Positions 12,190 through 23,945 of a DNA stretch of 64,000 bases are shown here, in pieces. This DNA is from Lama guanicoe (Eukaryota), in the NCBI GenBank assembly GCA_013239625.1, contig MU054338.1, forward strand, positions 3,867,371-3,931,370, given 5' to 3'. Positions within the stretch are counted from its first letter, which is position 1; each line of letters starts with the position of its first letter. Under the pieces are notes generated by a model. That model was not told the origin of the DNA. It ran no database searches and worked only from the letters and a program-made list of their open reading frames with translations. Made by a program: the position numbers and the translations under genes.

Positions 12190-12334
12190 GTGAGGCTGGG
12201 CTGCGTGATCACAGCCAAGTCCCTTCACCCTGCCACCCGGGGTGCCGAGCTCTTGTGGGCTTATCTGTGGCAGCGCTGAGCCTCTGGCAGCCGCCCGAGC
12301 TCTGCACCCCCGGTCACCACTTCCCCCTTCCCAG

Positions 12335-12541
12335 CCCCCCACGTCCCAGGCCCGGGAGGCAGTCATCACAGCTGCATTTGCCAAGCTGGACCGCAGCGGG
12401 GATGGCGTGGTGACGGTGGATGACCTGCGGGGGGTGTACAGCGGCCGCGCTCACCCCAAGGTGCGGAGTGGGCAGTGGACGGAGGAGGAGGTGCTCCGCC
12501 GCTTCTTGGACAACTTCGACTCCTCTGAGAAGGACGGGCAG
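12335..12541 (+). CDS. CAPS: CAPS exon with EF-hand 3 and start of EF-hand 4 (PPTSQAREA...DSSEKDGQ)
   Basis: ttcccag| ... CAG|gtgggt; 207 nt. Confidence 0.96.
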
Positions 12542-12607
12542 GTGGGTGCCTGGAGGACCGCCCCTGCCCAAACCACAGGTCCCCTCTTACGGCCTGTCTG
12601 CCCCCAG

Positions 12608-12709
12608 GTCACGCTGGCCGAGTTCCAGGACTACTACAGCGGCGTGAGTGCCTCTGTGGACACGGATGAGGAGTTCGTGGCCATGATGACCAGTGCCTGG
12701 CGGCTGTGA
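12608..12709 (+). CDS. CAPS: CAPS last exon, [33 protein letters not shown]-stop
   Basis: cccccag|GTC; CDS total 570 nt gives 189 aa. Confidence 0.96.
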   Translation, partial: VTLAEFQDYYSGVSASVDTDEEFVAMMTSAWRL

Positions 12710-13336
12710 GCAACATGCACTTCCTCAGCTCGCCCCACCATAGCATAGGACCCCCCCCCCACCAAAACCCCTGAGCCAGGGACCCTCTCACCTGGGGTTT
12801 GAGCTGAGCAGCCCCCGGCTGGGGGATGGAGGGGAGTGTGGGAGGCCGCAGAACTGGCTGGACTAGGTCTCCAAGGGCTGCTTGGCCACCAGGTGTTAAT
12901 GGGATAAACGTCCCAATGATGGGTCACTGGCTCAGGACCCCAGGGAGGAAGGCCCTCGCTGCCCACGCTGTGCTGACCCCAGGCCTCACCAGGTGCCACA
13001 GGTGCCCCGCACCCCAGATGCCCTGCTCAGTGAACCCTGCCAGCATCCCCTCCCTGCCCCACCCCCATGGTTCCCCGGGAAGCCAGGCAGCACCTGGGTG
13101 GGGAAGCAAACGGCTCTTCTGTGAAGCGAGGCTCTGCACGGAGGTGGCCAGTCTTGGAAGGCAGCTGAGCTCGGTCACCTGCCCAGGTGTGGAGCGTGGG
13201 GCAAAGGCCGCAGCCCACAGGCAGGCCAAGCTGCTGGAGGAACTGCGCCCGGAGGAGCGGAGGCCGTTCTGGGCCAGGTCATCCGGCTTCCTGAGGCCCC
13301 TGGGGCACACAGGAGGCCAGCGTTTTAGTTAAAAGT

Positions 13337-13342
13337 TTTAAT
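13337..13342 (-). terminator. RANBP3: Probable RANBP3 polyadenylation signal ATTAAA
   Basis: ATTAAA on the minus strand within an AT-rich patch about 1.3 kb after the RANBP3 stop. Confidence 0.6.
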
Positions 13343-14662
13343 GTAGTTCCCAAATACATTGCATATGACAGTCTTACATAAACGTTCCAAAACACATGGG
13401 CGTCATCTGGTTTTACTTGTCACTAGTTGGCTAAGGCTTAAAGCAGAGACGTGTGACCGGATCTGCTGGGAGGCCCTTTGGTGTCTACCCCCGGCTCGGG
13501 CTCGGGCTGACCGGGGCCAACCCGGGGTGTCGGTGGCACAGCTGTGGAGACGGCCTTTTCCTGACCCTCCGAGGGCGAGGCTGGGCAGCTTCCCCTGCAA
13601 ACCCTCAGAGCCCTGTGCACGGAGACCTCTGCAGGCCTCTCCAGGAGGGTGGTGCCCGGCTGGCTCTCAGCCACGCTCTGGGCAGGGGTGGGCAGAGGGC
13701 ACCTGCTCCTGTGTGTGCTGTGAGCATAGGTTCTGCCTGTGGTCTGGGACCAGCCCCCCGCCCCCTCCTCAAAGGCCCTGCTAGGGTCCCCCTCTGCCTG
13801 TCACAGAGGCCCCCAGCCCTGCATGGTCTTGGGCAGAGATGGCCACGGCTGTGAAGGAAGGAGCAGCCAACAGCAGGAGCAGGCTTGCACCTGGGTGCCC
13901 GACGATGGGCGACCCGTGCGGGGCGTGGCAGACAGGAGGACGGGGCTAGTGACCCTTTTCTCGATAGGCTCTCTCCAGGCCTGGGGCCCAACCCCTCAAC
14001 ACCCCACCACGTCGCCTGGAGGAACCCTGGTGGGGAACGAGTGGGGGCTGGCTCCTCGAGCAGCCCTCTGAGCACCCCCAGCGCAGGGCCGGGGCCGCAG
14101 GGTGAGGATGCAGCCCACGGCGGAGCTGTGCTGCTCACCACGCGGAACCGCCTTACTCTAGGAAGCCGGATATGAAGCCTGGGGGGGGAGGAAAGGAGCT
14201 ACAAGTACAACCCCCAGTCGGAACGCAGGAGATGGGAGGTCAAGGTAGCAGTTAGCAGGACGTCCAGCAGGCCCAGTGTTTACACTCGTGTGGACAGACC
14301 CGGTGGCCTGGGCAGGCGGCGGGGAGAGGCCGGCGGCACGGGGAGGCGGGGAGAAGAACACGGTGTCCCAGTCCCAGTGAGAAGCCGTGACAAGTCTTAA
14401 TGTGCCATTTCAATTCAAAGGGGAAGGGAAGAAATGTTCTTTTTCGCTTTGCTCATCAATATGATGAGGTCTCGTGTCCCAAACCACATTCAGGCAGTTC
14501 CCGAGTCTGCTTCTGAACGGGACGTGCGGATCCAGACTGTGGCCAACCCAGCGGGGAGTGTGGTTCCCGAGCCCCGCACCTCGACGCTGCCGGCGGGAGG
14601 GGCGGGTGGGCGGGCGGACAGACGGACAAAGCAGCAGGCTCGCGGGCAGCCGGCTCCCGGCG

Positions 14663-14706
14663 CTATGTGCTCCCGGCTGTCTGCCCGTCCCCTTCGTCGC
14701 CAGTGC
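14663..14706 (-). CDS. RANBP3: RANBP3 last coding exon, GTGDEGDGQTAGST-stop
   Basis: cccacag| acceptor; TAG at 14665-14663. Confidence 0.93.
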
Positions 14707-14815
14707 CTGTGGGAAGCAGTGGCCTCACCATCAGGTCCCCGCCCTGGACAAAGCCCCATTCCCTGGGGCCAGGCCCCCCACGCCCAGAGGTCAGTCCTGG
14801 GACCGCCCGGCTCAC

Positions 14816-14999
14816 CGCCTCCGGTGGCCCCCGATGGGGCCAGGACGTCGTCGTCATCACTGTCATCCTCGTTGGACGGGGCTGCTCCTGGCTCTGGGGC
14901 GGGTGTCTTGGCCTCCTGCTCCTGCTCCACGCGGCTGCGCAGGGCCAGGATGCGGTGGTGCAGGGCCGCGTACAGTTGGCCTGTGTCCTTGGAGCTGGC
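14816..14999 (-). CDS. RANBP3: RANBP3 exon 16, ASSKDTGQLYAALHHRILALRSRVEQ...APSGATGG
   Basis: cccccag| ... |gtgagc; 184 nt. Confidence 0.96.
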
Positions 15000-15493
15000 C
15001 TGGGGGAGGCGGAGGCAAGTGCCAGGTTATGAGGCCGTGTGGGGAGACCCCCTTCCGGTCAATGTGGTCAGTATGGCCGCCTCCCCCACCATACTGGGAC
15101 GCCACAACCCCCAGGCTGGGATTGGGAAGCAGCCTGACCTCTCCTCGCCAAACCTGGGGACCACCAACCGAAACTCCCTCAGCCCCTGGGCCTGTCTTCC
15201 TAAGGGGTTCACAGAGCCTGTGGCTGCGCCAGCCCTCAGTGAGCCAGCCCGATCCACTCATTTTGGGGACTGGCCTGCCTAGACGCCCCTCCTCTCCCTG
15301 GCCACACCACAGCGCAGGCTGCAGGGTGCTGTGCCATGGAGCTCCCCTGCAGAGGGCCACCCCTCAGTCCTGCCTGGTGGAGCCTCCCTTCTGAAGGGGT
15401 TCAAGGGCGCACCACCCTTGTCTGGGGGGCTGTGTGGGCAGCTCCCTTGCATGAGAGGCTGGCAGCAGCGCAGCCTGAGCCGGGGCTGCTCAC

Positions 15494-15636
15494 CGAGATC
15501 AGGAAGACCTTCACGCCCTGGTCCTCGGTGTCCATGGCTGTGATGCGGATGCTCTTCTCACTGGCCTTGTCTATCTGCATCTGGGCCCACAGCTTGGTGT
15601 TGAGGATCAGCCGCAGGCTGCCCTGGGTCCGCATCA
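15494..15636 (-). CDS. RANBP3: RANBP3 exon 15 (Ran-binding domain), VMRTQGSLRLILNTKLW...KVFLIS
   Basis: gttgcag| ... |gtgagc; 143 nt. Confidence 0.97.
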
Positions 15637-17368
15637 CTGCAACCGACAAGGCTGTTCAGCCCTGGTCCCCCAGCCACTGCCCACAGCCAGCTATGAGGAC
15701 ACACAGGGTCTGGAAGGGAATCCAGCACCCCAGGGCGAACTACCACGATTCTCCCAAGGTCCATGAAAGCCTCCCACCTGTCTGCTGGACAACAGCCTTG
15801 GCACCACCCGCTCCCTGGCCCAGATCCAGAGGCCACGCCCAGTGCATGGAGCAGGTCGGGGCAGCTTCCCTGGGGAGGTGGAGAGCAGGAGGCAGCGGGA
15901 GGTGCGCTGCATAAAGAGGTGGGACAGCGTGGGCTGCACACGGTGGGCACGTCATGAGGCTGATGCCCTCTGACTGTCCCCCACCTGCAGGCCAATGCCC
16001 AGTCCCTGCCCTATGTTGTTTCCTTCAGGAGAAAGGTCGAGGCCAGCTGCTGTTCAGAGCTCCCATCAGGAGGGAGAAGACAGACTGAGAGCAGCACATG
16101 GTGGAGAAAAACGGGGGCAGACCTTTCCTCTCTGGAAATGCATGGGAGACCCCAAGTTCTACCCACAGCAGGCCCAAGGCCAATGTCACCCTGGCCGTGC
16201 CCTAACCCCTGCCAACCGCATGGACACAAGTGACCCCACGACTTCCTGCCAGCCCAGCTCTCCCCACTGGAACAAACCTGGAGAGGGTTAGCAGTTGTCA
16301 CCCCAAGCCGGGGCTCCAACTGACCGGATCTCCTCCCACTCACCCCCGAGCCCTCTGAGCCCGGCCCCCAAGCTCAGTCTGCCCCCTGGGGTGGGGCTCG
16401 GAGGGAAGGCTGTGTTGGGGGGAAAGGAAAGCGCGGCTGGGATGGTCTCAACCAGGGAAGGGGCACGGCCACAGCAAGGCTGGTCACTGGCTGATGACTG
16501 AGGAGGGGAGCCGAGAGCTGGGGCTCAAGACACTGCTCTCCGTCCATGTGGGCATCAACAGTCTCGCAAGAAAAAGTGAAAAAGAAATCGAGAGACGTCT
16601 ACAGGGGGAAAAGGAACGGAGCCCAAACAGAAGGGCCATTGTCATTTCTGTTCCAATCTTGGGATGATTCTGAGCCCAAGTGCATAAAAACGTTACTGAA
16701 AGGATGCAGTGGGACCTAGGCCTGGGCCAGGAACTGCTCTGTAAAGGCCAGTGGGCAACTTTAACTTGAGAGGATAAAAAAACCAAAAACACCAGAAACA
16801 CACATACATCTCACACATCTACACTTGATTTTCTTTAAATGTGTGTGTCTATGAACACCCTCCCCGACACATGCACCCCTGTAACAAGCACACTGCTGGG
16901 TATACGGTTCACATACAGGAGGCCCCAGGACCACTGTTCACAAGACCAAAAAATTAGGAATGATCCAAATGTCCATTGATAGGGGAATGGTTAAGTACAT
17001 TCACTGTCAATAGAGTATTAATGGAGAAGTTTTTCAAAAACAGCCACGTTTTAAGGAAAATTGAATGACAGAGGAATATACTCACAAAATAGCAAGTGAA
17101 AGGGCAAGAGAAAAATTCACCCCCACTTTCTTAAAAAAGATTCACAGGACAAGAAGGGACTGCCAGAAAATACTTAGAGATTCAGAGATTTTAGTGGATA
17201 TCTGACTTCCTCCTTTTCCTTTCTACTGCAAAACAACTGGCACATTTACTATCAAAGACTAAGTTAGAAAGCCATGAAACCCTTTTATCCACTTGCACAC
17301 TGGGCAGGAGGAGAATCACAGGGGCCCGCAGTGTCCCGGGCCCCCTGCGGGAGCCGGCCGCAGCTCAC

Positions 17369-17489
17369 CCAGTCGGGACTGTAACGTGCCGTCCTCAGTC
17401 GAGGCCATGTCGTTGAGCCTGAGCAGCCCCCGGCCTCGCTCCACCCACGACTGCGAGGTCTTGTCAAAGACAAACAGCTTACACTGGAT
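17369..17489 (-). CDS. RANBP3: RANBP3 exon 14 (Ran-binding domain), IQCKLFVFDKTSQSWVERGRG...QSRL
   Basis: gttccag| ... |gtgagc; WxERG motif of the Ran-binding domain; 121 nt. Confidence 0.97.
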
Positions 17490-17679
17490 CTGGAACACAA
17501 GGCGGGCCTCTGGGTGAGCAGGGGTCCTGGCTGGGCAGACGGACCCTGGGAACCTGCACAAACTACCAGGGTCAACAAACTACGGTCTGGGGGACACACC
17601 CGGCCCTTGGCCAGTTTTCATCCTGCCCTCAAGCTAGAATGGATTTTACATCTTTAGAGAAGAATTAAAAAAAAAAAGA

Positions 17680-18410
17680 AAGAATCCTGAAGGAAATGCA
17701 AGTCAGAACCACAAAGAGATACCACATCATACCCACTAGATGGCTATAACCAGACAACAGACGGTAACAGGGACTGAGGAGGGCGTGGAGAAATCGGAAC
17801 CCTCAACCTCGCTGACAGGAATGTGAAGTGGTGCAGCCACTGTGGAAAACAGTTCTTCAAAATGTTAAAATGGAGTTACCACACGGTCCAGAAATTCCAC
17901 TCGTAAATATCTACCCAAGAGGAACGGAACCCGTTCCACACGGACACTTGCAGGTCAAAGTCCACAGCAGCACTGTTCTCAACACCCTCAAGGTGGAGGC
18001 AAACCCAGTGCCCCCTGACAGGTGAACGGATCAGCAAACGTGGTTCATCACCACAGCCATGCAAAGGGGTGGAACACTGACACACGTTACAACGTGGATG
18101 AACCTCGAAAACATGACGCTCAGTGAGAGAAGCCAGAGATAAAAGGCCACGTAGCGCACGATTCCTTCCACGCATAAGAAATGTCACAGCAGGGCACATC
18201 CATAGGGACGGAAAGTGGGTGAGGGGCTGCCGGGGGCTGGGGAGGGGCTGTTAACGGGCACAAGGTTTCTTTTTGGGGGACTAAAAAGTTCTACCTTAGT
18301 GGTGACGTTTGTACAACTTGTGAATATACTAAAAACCACTGAGCTGTATGCTTTAAAGGTGAATTTCATAGCATGCACTTTTTATCTCGCTGAAACTGTT
18401 AAACATGAGA
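17680..18410 (+). mobile_element. L1M-type LINE 3' portion
   Basis: gaaatgcaagtcagaaccac, gtggtgcagccactgtggaaaacag, ggatgaacctcgaaaacat: ORF2 end and 3'UTR signatures. Confidence 0.85.
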
Positions 18411-18941
18411 AAAAAAAAAGCAACAGAGACCATACGTGGCCCTTCACAGAAAAAGTCTGCAGATCTTTAAAAGTCACTATCTCTCAACGTGGATGGATTA
18501 AGAAACGCCTGTGAGCGATGTAAAGAAATACCACTAAAACCGCCTTGTTAACAGCTCCCTGATGCTGTATACACGTGGTGTACAGATACACCCAGGCACG
18601 TGCGAGAGGAGGAGGAGCAGAAGGAGGCTGGGCACACTGGCCGCGCTGCCCTGGGAGAGGAAGGCGGGTGGGCAAGCCTGCAGGATGGCTGGGCCACGGT
18701 GATATTTCCCCCTAACGACCGAGCACAGTACCCACCCTCGCTGTGACAAGAGCAGCACAGCTGCTGGTTCTGGGCGGTAAGAGCAGGCGTTACCACAGCC
18801 CGTAATTCCCTGAACTATTGAGAATGTCTCGAAGAGAGCCTTTTGCTCCAATACAAAGAGACACAAGAAGCAGGGTAGCACCTGCTAAGCTCTCAGCAGA
18901 ACTGTGGGGAGGTGGCCGAGACGCCCCCTGATCCGCCTCAC

Positions 18942-19051
18942 CTGCAGCACGTTGCTCTCCGCCTCCTCCCCGGTGATGACTTCCACCTTCTCCAACAAAC
19001 ACTTCCGCGCCGTCGCCTTGGTGTAGGCCGCAGCTGACTCGGCCAGGGACT
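18942..19051 (-). CDS. RANBP3: RANBP3 exon 13, ESLAESAAAYTK...TGEEAESNVLQ (alternative acceptor extends it to 19066)
   Basis: attgcag| ... |gtgagg; TGEE motif; 110 nt. Confidence 0.95.
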
Positions 19052-19616
19052 CTGCAATGTTATTAGCTAAACGACATTGACTATTTATTTGGTGGGGGGT
19101 AGGATGCACCTCAGAGGACACCAAAAGGGGTGGGTCCGGCCTCAAGGGTGCCAGTGACCCCTGGCCGCCACACCTGGGTCGGAGTGGACCTCGGACATGC
19201 CATGTAACCCTGCCTCGGAAGCTGCAGGGAGACCACCTGGGAGCAGCCAACGTGTCTCCAGATTTCTCATTTCCCACTTGGGACAGACGTCAGAAAGACT
19301 TCTGAGAGGGCTGTGAGAGAAGCTCCCCTCCACTGCCTCAGGGCGTGAGGAACAGGTTGACAATTACCTCAACCCTTCCCCGGGTCCCCGGGCAGCAGCA
19401 CAAGCCTCACTGGTCTAAGATAAACGAGTCCCCTCCCCACTCCTGGAAAGCCAGCATGGCTGGAGGATGTCTGGTTCACGTGTGGTTGCTGCTGCTGCCG
19501 CCAGGTGGTCCCGTCCCTCCGTCCCTCCAGCGCAGGGTGGGGATGGACAGCCTCATCACTCTGTGCCCCTCCCGTCACTTTGTGCCCCTCCCGGAAGCCA
19601 GAGGACGCAGACATAC

Positions 19617-19719
19617 CTTTCTCGGGGGTGGCCTCCTGGGACGAGGACTCGGACCCAGACTCGGCAGCTGTGTTTTCTCTGTTGGCATCTGAACTGACCT
19701 CATTTAGTTTGGGTGGGCT
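19617..19719 (-). CDS. RANBP3: RANBP3 exon 12, SPPKLNEVSSDANRE...EATPEK
   Basis: ccccacag| ... |gtatgt; 103 nt. Confidence 0.95.
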
Positions 19720-20827
19720 CTGTGGGGAGGGGAGGCACATGGGAGGAGGGCGTGTGTGGGTGGTGCCGGTGGTCGGGTGGCTGCGGAACAGGAAGCCCCT
19801 CCTGGCATGGCCCTGTCCGGGTAAAGAACTTTCTGCTGACAACAGCTTTTCCTTCCTAGCTTCCGGGACCTGCCGAGCCCTAGCTCCACGCCCACTCAAC
19901 GCTCCTCAAGTATTATAAGACAGCCCCTGCTCAACACCTTCACAAAATAAGCAGCTCTCAGTCCTCACAGATCGCCCTGGATGCCATACATGCACTGCCC
20001 CTGGAGCCCCACGTGGGGCCTCTACGGCATCACTGGGAGGTGTGTGCCACCAGCTGACCTCAGACTGCCCAGTAATCTTGGCCTGTGAGGCAGGTCTTTG
20101 ACTAATTCATCAAAATTGAAAAAGGACAGTGCTGACCCTTGAGAGAAGTAGGGGGCTCCTGAGTGCAACACACGGAGACCAAGATGGCAAGAATTAGGTG
20201 GGCCCCAAACAGCACCTTAGCCACACTTACCATGGACCCAGCCGGGCCATGTATGATTGGGGAAGAAAAGGAACACAAATAAGGGAGCGGGTCAGCAACC
20301 CTAGAAGCCTGCCCTGGGCTGGCTGGGCCCCCTGGGACCAGGAGACGGCCCGAGGTCACCCACATGCCTTGGCTGTGGTGTGTCAGGAGTGCAGGGGACA
20401 CTGCAGGGGTCCCTCCAAGACCCCCAGCCCCCATTCTGGCTGCAGCCTTGTGGTCGGGGTGGGGCTGCCCCCCTTGATTCCAGAGGTGGCTCAGGGTGGT
20501 CCCAGTGGCACATGGCTAAGGACTTCGGCCTGATGGCTGTCCCCACCACCGCTCTTAGCCAGGAGGAAGCGTGTCAGCATAAGGAAAGACAGGAAGCGTG
20601 ACCCTGGCTCCTGGAGGGCCTCCCTGGGCTGCCAGTGCCCACAGCCCTGCCCTGGTTTGAGCTGCTTCTGTGCTGGGTCTTCTTTCTCTTACTTTATTTG
20701 CAAGACAAAGGGTTCTACTTTCACAGGAGCCGATGCAGCAGCCACACCCCACACGTGCCCTAGACCCAGGGGAGGCTCTGAAAGCCTCCCGGCCCCAAGG
20801 AGCACCAGTCCCCAGTGGGGCACTCAC

Positions 20828-20906
20828 CAGCACACGCTCGCTCATGTTCTGGCCAAACACGAACTTGCTGCTGGCAGCGTCGGCGCTGTTGGCTGAGTTC
20901 TCTAAA
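20828..20906 (-). CDS. RANBP3: RANBP3 exon 11, SLENSANSADAASSKFVFGQNMSERVL (FxFG)
   Basis: cttcag| ... |gtgagt; 79 nt. Confidence 0.95.
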
Positions 20907-21949
20907 CTGAAGAGAAGATGTGCTATGAGTGTGTGGTGTCACACAGGACAGCGCCAGGCAGGTGTGCCGCCTGCACGTGCCATGGGCGCACGGTCTGAGT
21001 AAGTGAGACCCAGACACCTGGTGTGGAGAGCACAGTCAAGGCCCCATGTGGCCTTGCAGGATGGGCTTGGCTTGCCAGGGACAGGTGCCTGCCCCAACAC
21101 CTCCCCTGCCAGGCTGCACCGCGCAGCAAACACAGACCCTCAGCTTCCAACGCCCAACACACCGGACACCCGCCTTCCCCTCACCCTCGGCCTGCAGGTA
21201 GGGGGCACCACCTCAGAGGCCGAGTGCAGGGTACTCCATCCATGTCCAGGAGGGAAACCCGCTGGGCAGCAGGCTGGGGCGGTGAGTCTCTGCTGCTCTC
21301 TGGCCCCCTCCCCTGGCCCACACCAAGGAGGCGACACCTCCCACCAGGCTGTGGGGGGGCCACACAGGACAACCTGGGTGAGCTCTAGGCCAGCGGTGGC
21401 TGCTGGGGCTGTCACACTTCATCCAGTTTAAGGTATCACAGGCTGCACGTGCCTCCCGATTTGGGAAACGCTGAAGTGCAAAACATGCATCTTAAAATAT
21501 CTGATGCACTCTGCAGACTGGGGTCCAGGCAGCCAAGCAGCAAGGTCACTGCTCATGCCAGGCCTCCTGGAGCTGAAGCCCATGTCCTACTGCTCTGTGT
21601 GGGTGACAACAGGCTGCCGAGCTACCACCAGCCCGCTGGGTCCCATTCTGGGCACGAGGTCTGGGTGACAGGGCTCACTCTGAGGGCTAGACTGGACAAC
21701 CCCATAGAACTGGGGTGTGGCCTCAGGTGCCTGAAGCCCCCCATCCTGGCCCCTCAGCATCTGCACCCAGAGGGGAGGCGGAGGGGCTGGAGGGGGACTG
21801 GGCTTCTTCTCTGAGGAAGGCCCAGGATGGCTCCTGGCCAGGGGCTGCCTCCTCCCTGGGCCCTGAGTCGGGGACAGTGGGTGGCTATGGACCCCTCTGA
21901 GGCCAAGGCTCTCCCCACGCAAGGCTGGCACCAGGCCCGAGGCACACAC

Positions 21950-22053
21950 CTGGAGCTGATATACTGAAGGAAGTAGTTGGTCGCGGCTGGTGTTTCTGAA
22001 CTGGGGTGTCCAGCGTTCTCCATGTCCGCTACTTCAGTGTTCTCGTTTATTAA
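21950..22053 (-). CDS. RANBP3: RANBP3 exon 10, LINENTEVADMENAGHPSSETPAATNYFLQYISS
   Basis: ttcacag| ... AG|gtgtgt; 104 nt. Confidence 0.95.
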
Positions 22054-23251
22054 CTGTGAAGCAGAGACGAAATGCTCAGTGCTCGGAGGACGGCAGGTCC
22101 TGGAGCTCTAGCACTCAGCCTGTCTGCACAACCCTTATGCTGCACCGCAGGGCTCTGTCCACGTGCGTACCCTGGGGTGCGGGAGTCCACAAGGCACTAG
22201 GGAGTGTTTTCCATCTTATCTAAAAAAAAAACCCTCAGGCTGGCATCTGGTTGGCATTTTCATCAATGCTCCTGTGCCGAGAGATCACAGGTGGCTCACG
22301 AATCTCATATTCTAAGGGATTTATTACAAACGCACTAGGAGCAGCGTTTCCTGAGGGCGTCCTTCATGCTGCTGAGCCAGCTCTGTCATGTGCTAGCTGA
22401 TGTGATTCTCCGGTGAACACTGAGGGGGGATCAGATCCTTATTCTTAAACAGGCAGGAGAGGCTCAGAGGGGTTAAGAAACCACGGCCGCAAGCTGCCCT
22501 CCATGGAGAAGCTGGGATGCGATCGTCTCCAGACCCCCATGAGACATGGCCCCCGCCCCAATCTCAAGGCAGCGAGGAAGACTCAGCCTGATGGCCCAGG
22601 CCAGGCCCCCACCTCCTGCTTCCTCCTCCCGGGAGGCAGCAGCCCCCAAAGGACTCATCATTTTGCTAAAGCTGTGCAGTATCAACGCCTGTTTTGTGCC
22701 TCTCAGGGAATCTGTGCTTCTGTCGGACAGTGAGCACCAAAGGATGAAGCATGCGGCATGGCTGGATGCTTTCTCTGCACAGGAAAGGCTTTTGTTTCCT
22801 TGTTTCAGGCGTTCTCACCCTCTGTGTCACTGTCCCCAGGCCTGGATCATTACCTGGGGGGCCATCCTGGGCACCGTGGGGTGTTGCTCAGCATCCCTGG
22901 CCTCCTCCGTATCAGTGGCACCTACCCCTCTCCTTGTTGTGATAACCACGAATGTCCCCAGACACCACCACTGACACTGCCCCTCAAGTTTCCAGAGGAG
23001 CTTCTTGCCAGATGAGCTACTGGAAATAGCATAGAAAGACCTTCTGGCCCCATGGCTGGGAAAGGTCTTCCCAGAGGGTCAGGGCGTGGGGTCCAGATCC
23101 CAGGTCCCTGCCACTGCCAGATGCTCCCCGCCCCCGACTCAAATCCAGACTAGACCAACACACCTGGGGGCAGCCAGGACGTGACAGATCCTGATGCCTC
23201 CTCTCGGAGAGAAAACAGTATCTTTCCACCTGCCCTACTTGAAAAAGAGAA

Positions 23252-23476
23252 GGTGACGGCTCTCAGCTGGGGGTGATTTAGTCCCACGGGGAACATTTGG
23301 CACCATTCGGGGACGTTTACAGTTGTCACAACTGGGGACAGGGAGAGCTGTGCTCCTGGCATCGGGGGGAGGTGGGGGGTGGTGGCTGCTGCTCAACACC
23401 CTACAGTGCTCAGGACAGGCCTCCAGCAACTAAGGACCCAGCCTACACCTTGCTAGTGCTGAGACACAGAAACCCT
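23252..23476 (+). mobile_element. MER20-like hAT DNA transposon relic; related copies near 22830-22975, 56629-56843, 57095-57258, 60260-60458, 60874-61120
   Basis: Shared gggggtgatt...ggacatttggcaatgtc...gttgtcacaactggg...ctggcatctagtgg...accctacagtgcacaggacag motifs. Confidence 0.65.
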
Positions 23477-23825
23477 TCAGTAAGGAAATAAAAATCTCTC
23501 CAGTGATGTCGAAAGCATGGGATCCTTTGCTACAAAAACATCAGTCCTCAGGGCCAAGTTGCCCCACCCTCGGCCTGGCTCCTGGGAGAACGAGGGAGCC
23601 TGCCGCCAGGAGCCACTGCCGAGCCCCAGGCATGGGGCGGGGCGGGGCAGGCGGCTGGGCTGTGTGCCAGGAGCCGGCCAGGGCATGGAAGGGATGCAAA
23701 GCAAGCAGCTGCTGGCTGCTGAGTCATCGGACCACCCCAGAAATGGTGCCCCCCCCAAAATCCTGGGGAGGCGAGAAAAGATCAATTCACTAGGTCAACA
23801 GCTTGACCAGTCCCTGGTCATGTAC

Positions 23826-23945
23826 CTTAACTCTGTCCCGCAGGTTCTGCCCAAACACAAACGCCTGCTGTGCGGCCTGCTCTCTCTTCCCACAGTCCTC
23901 CTCCTCAGAAGTACTGTTAGATGCGTTCTTCTGGGGCTCCTTCTC
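23826..23945 (-). CDS. RANBP3: RANBP3 exon 9, EKEPQKN...QQAFVFGQNLRDRVK (FxFG)
   Basis: ctcaccag| ... AAG|gtacat; 120 nt. Confidence 0.95.

Noticed and set aside
14461-14516. C/D-box snoRNA-like ATGATGA...CTGA
   Set aside because: Too short, on the strand antisense to the RANBP3 UTR, not intronic, no terminal stem
14434-15394. Long plus-strand ORFs (282 and 306 aa)
   Set aside because: Antisense shadows of GC-rich RANBP3 exons 16-17 and UTR, with low-complexity P/G/R/A composition and no recognisable domain
16344-16598. Possible poison exon in RANBP3 intron 14 (ccccctgtag| ... |gtgagt, early TGA)
   Set aside because: Such splice-site pairs are common by chance and nothing else supports it
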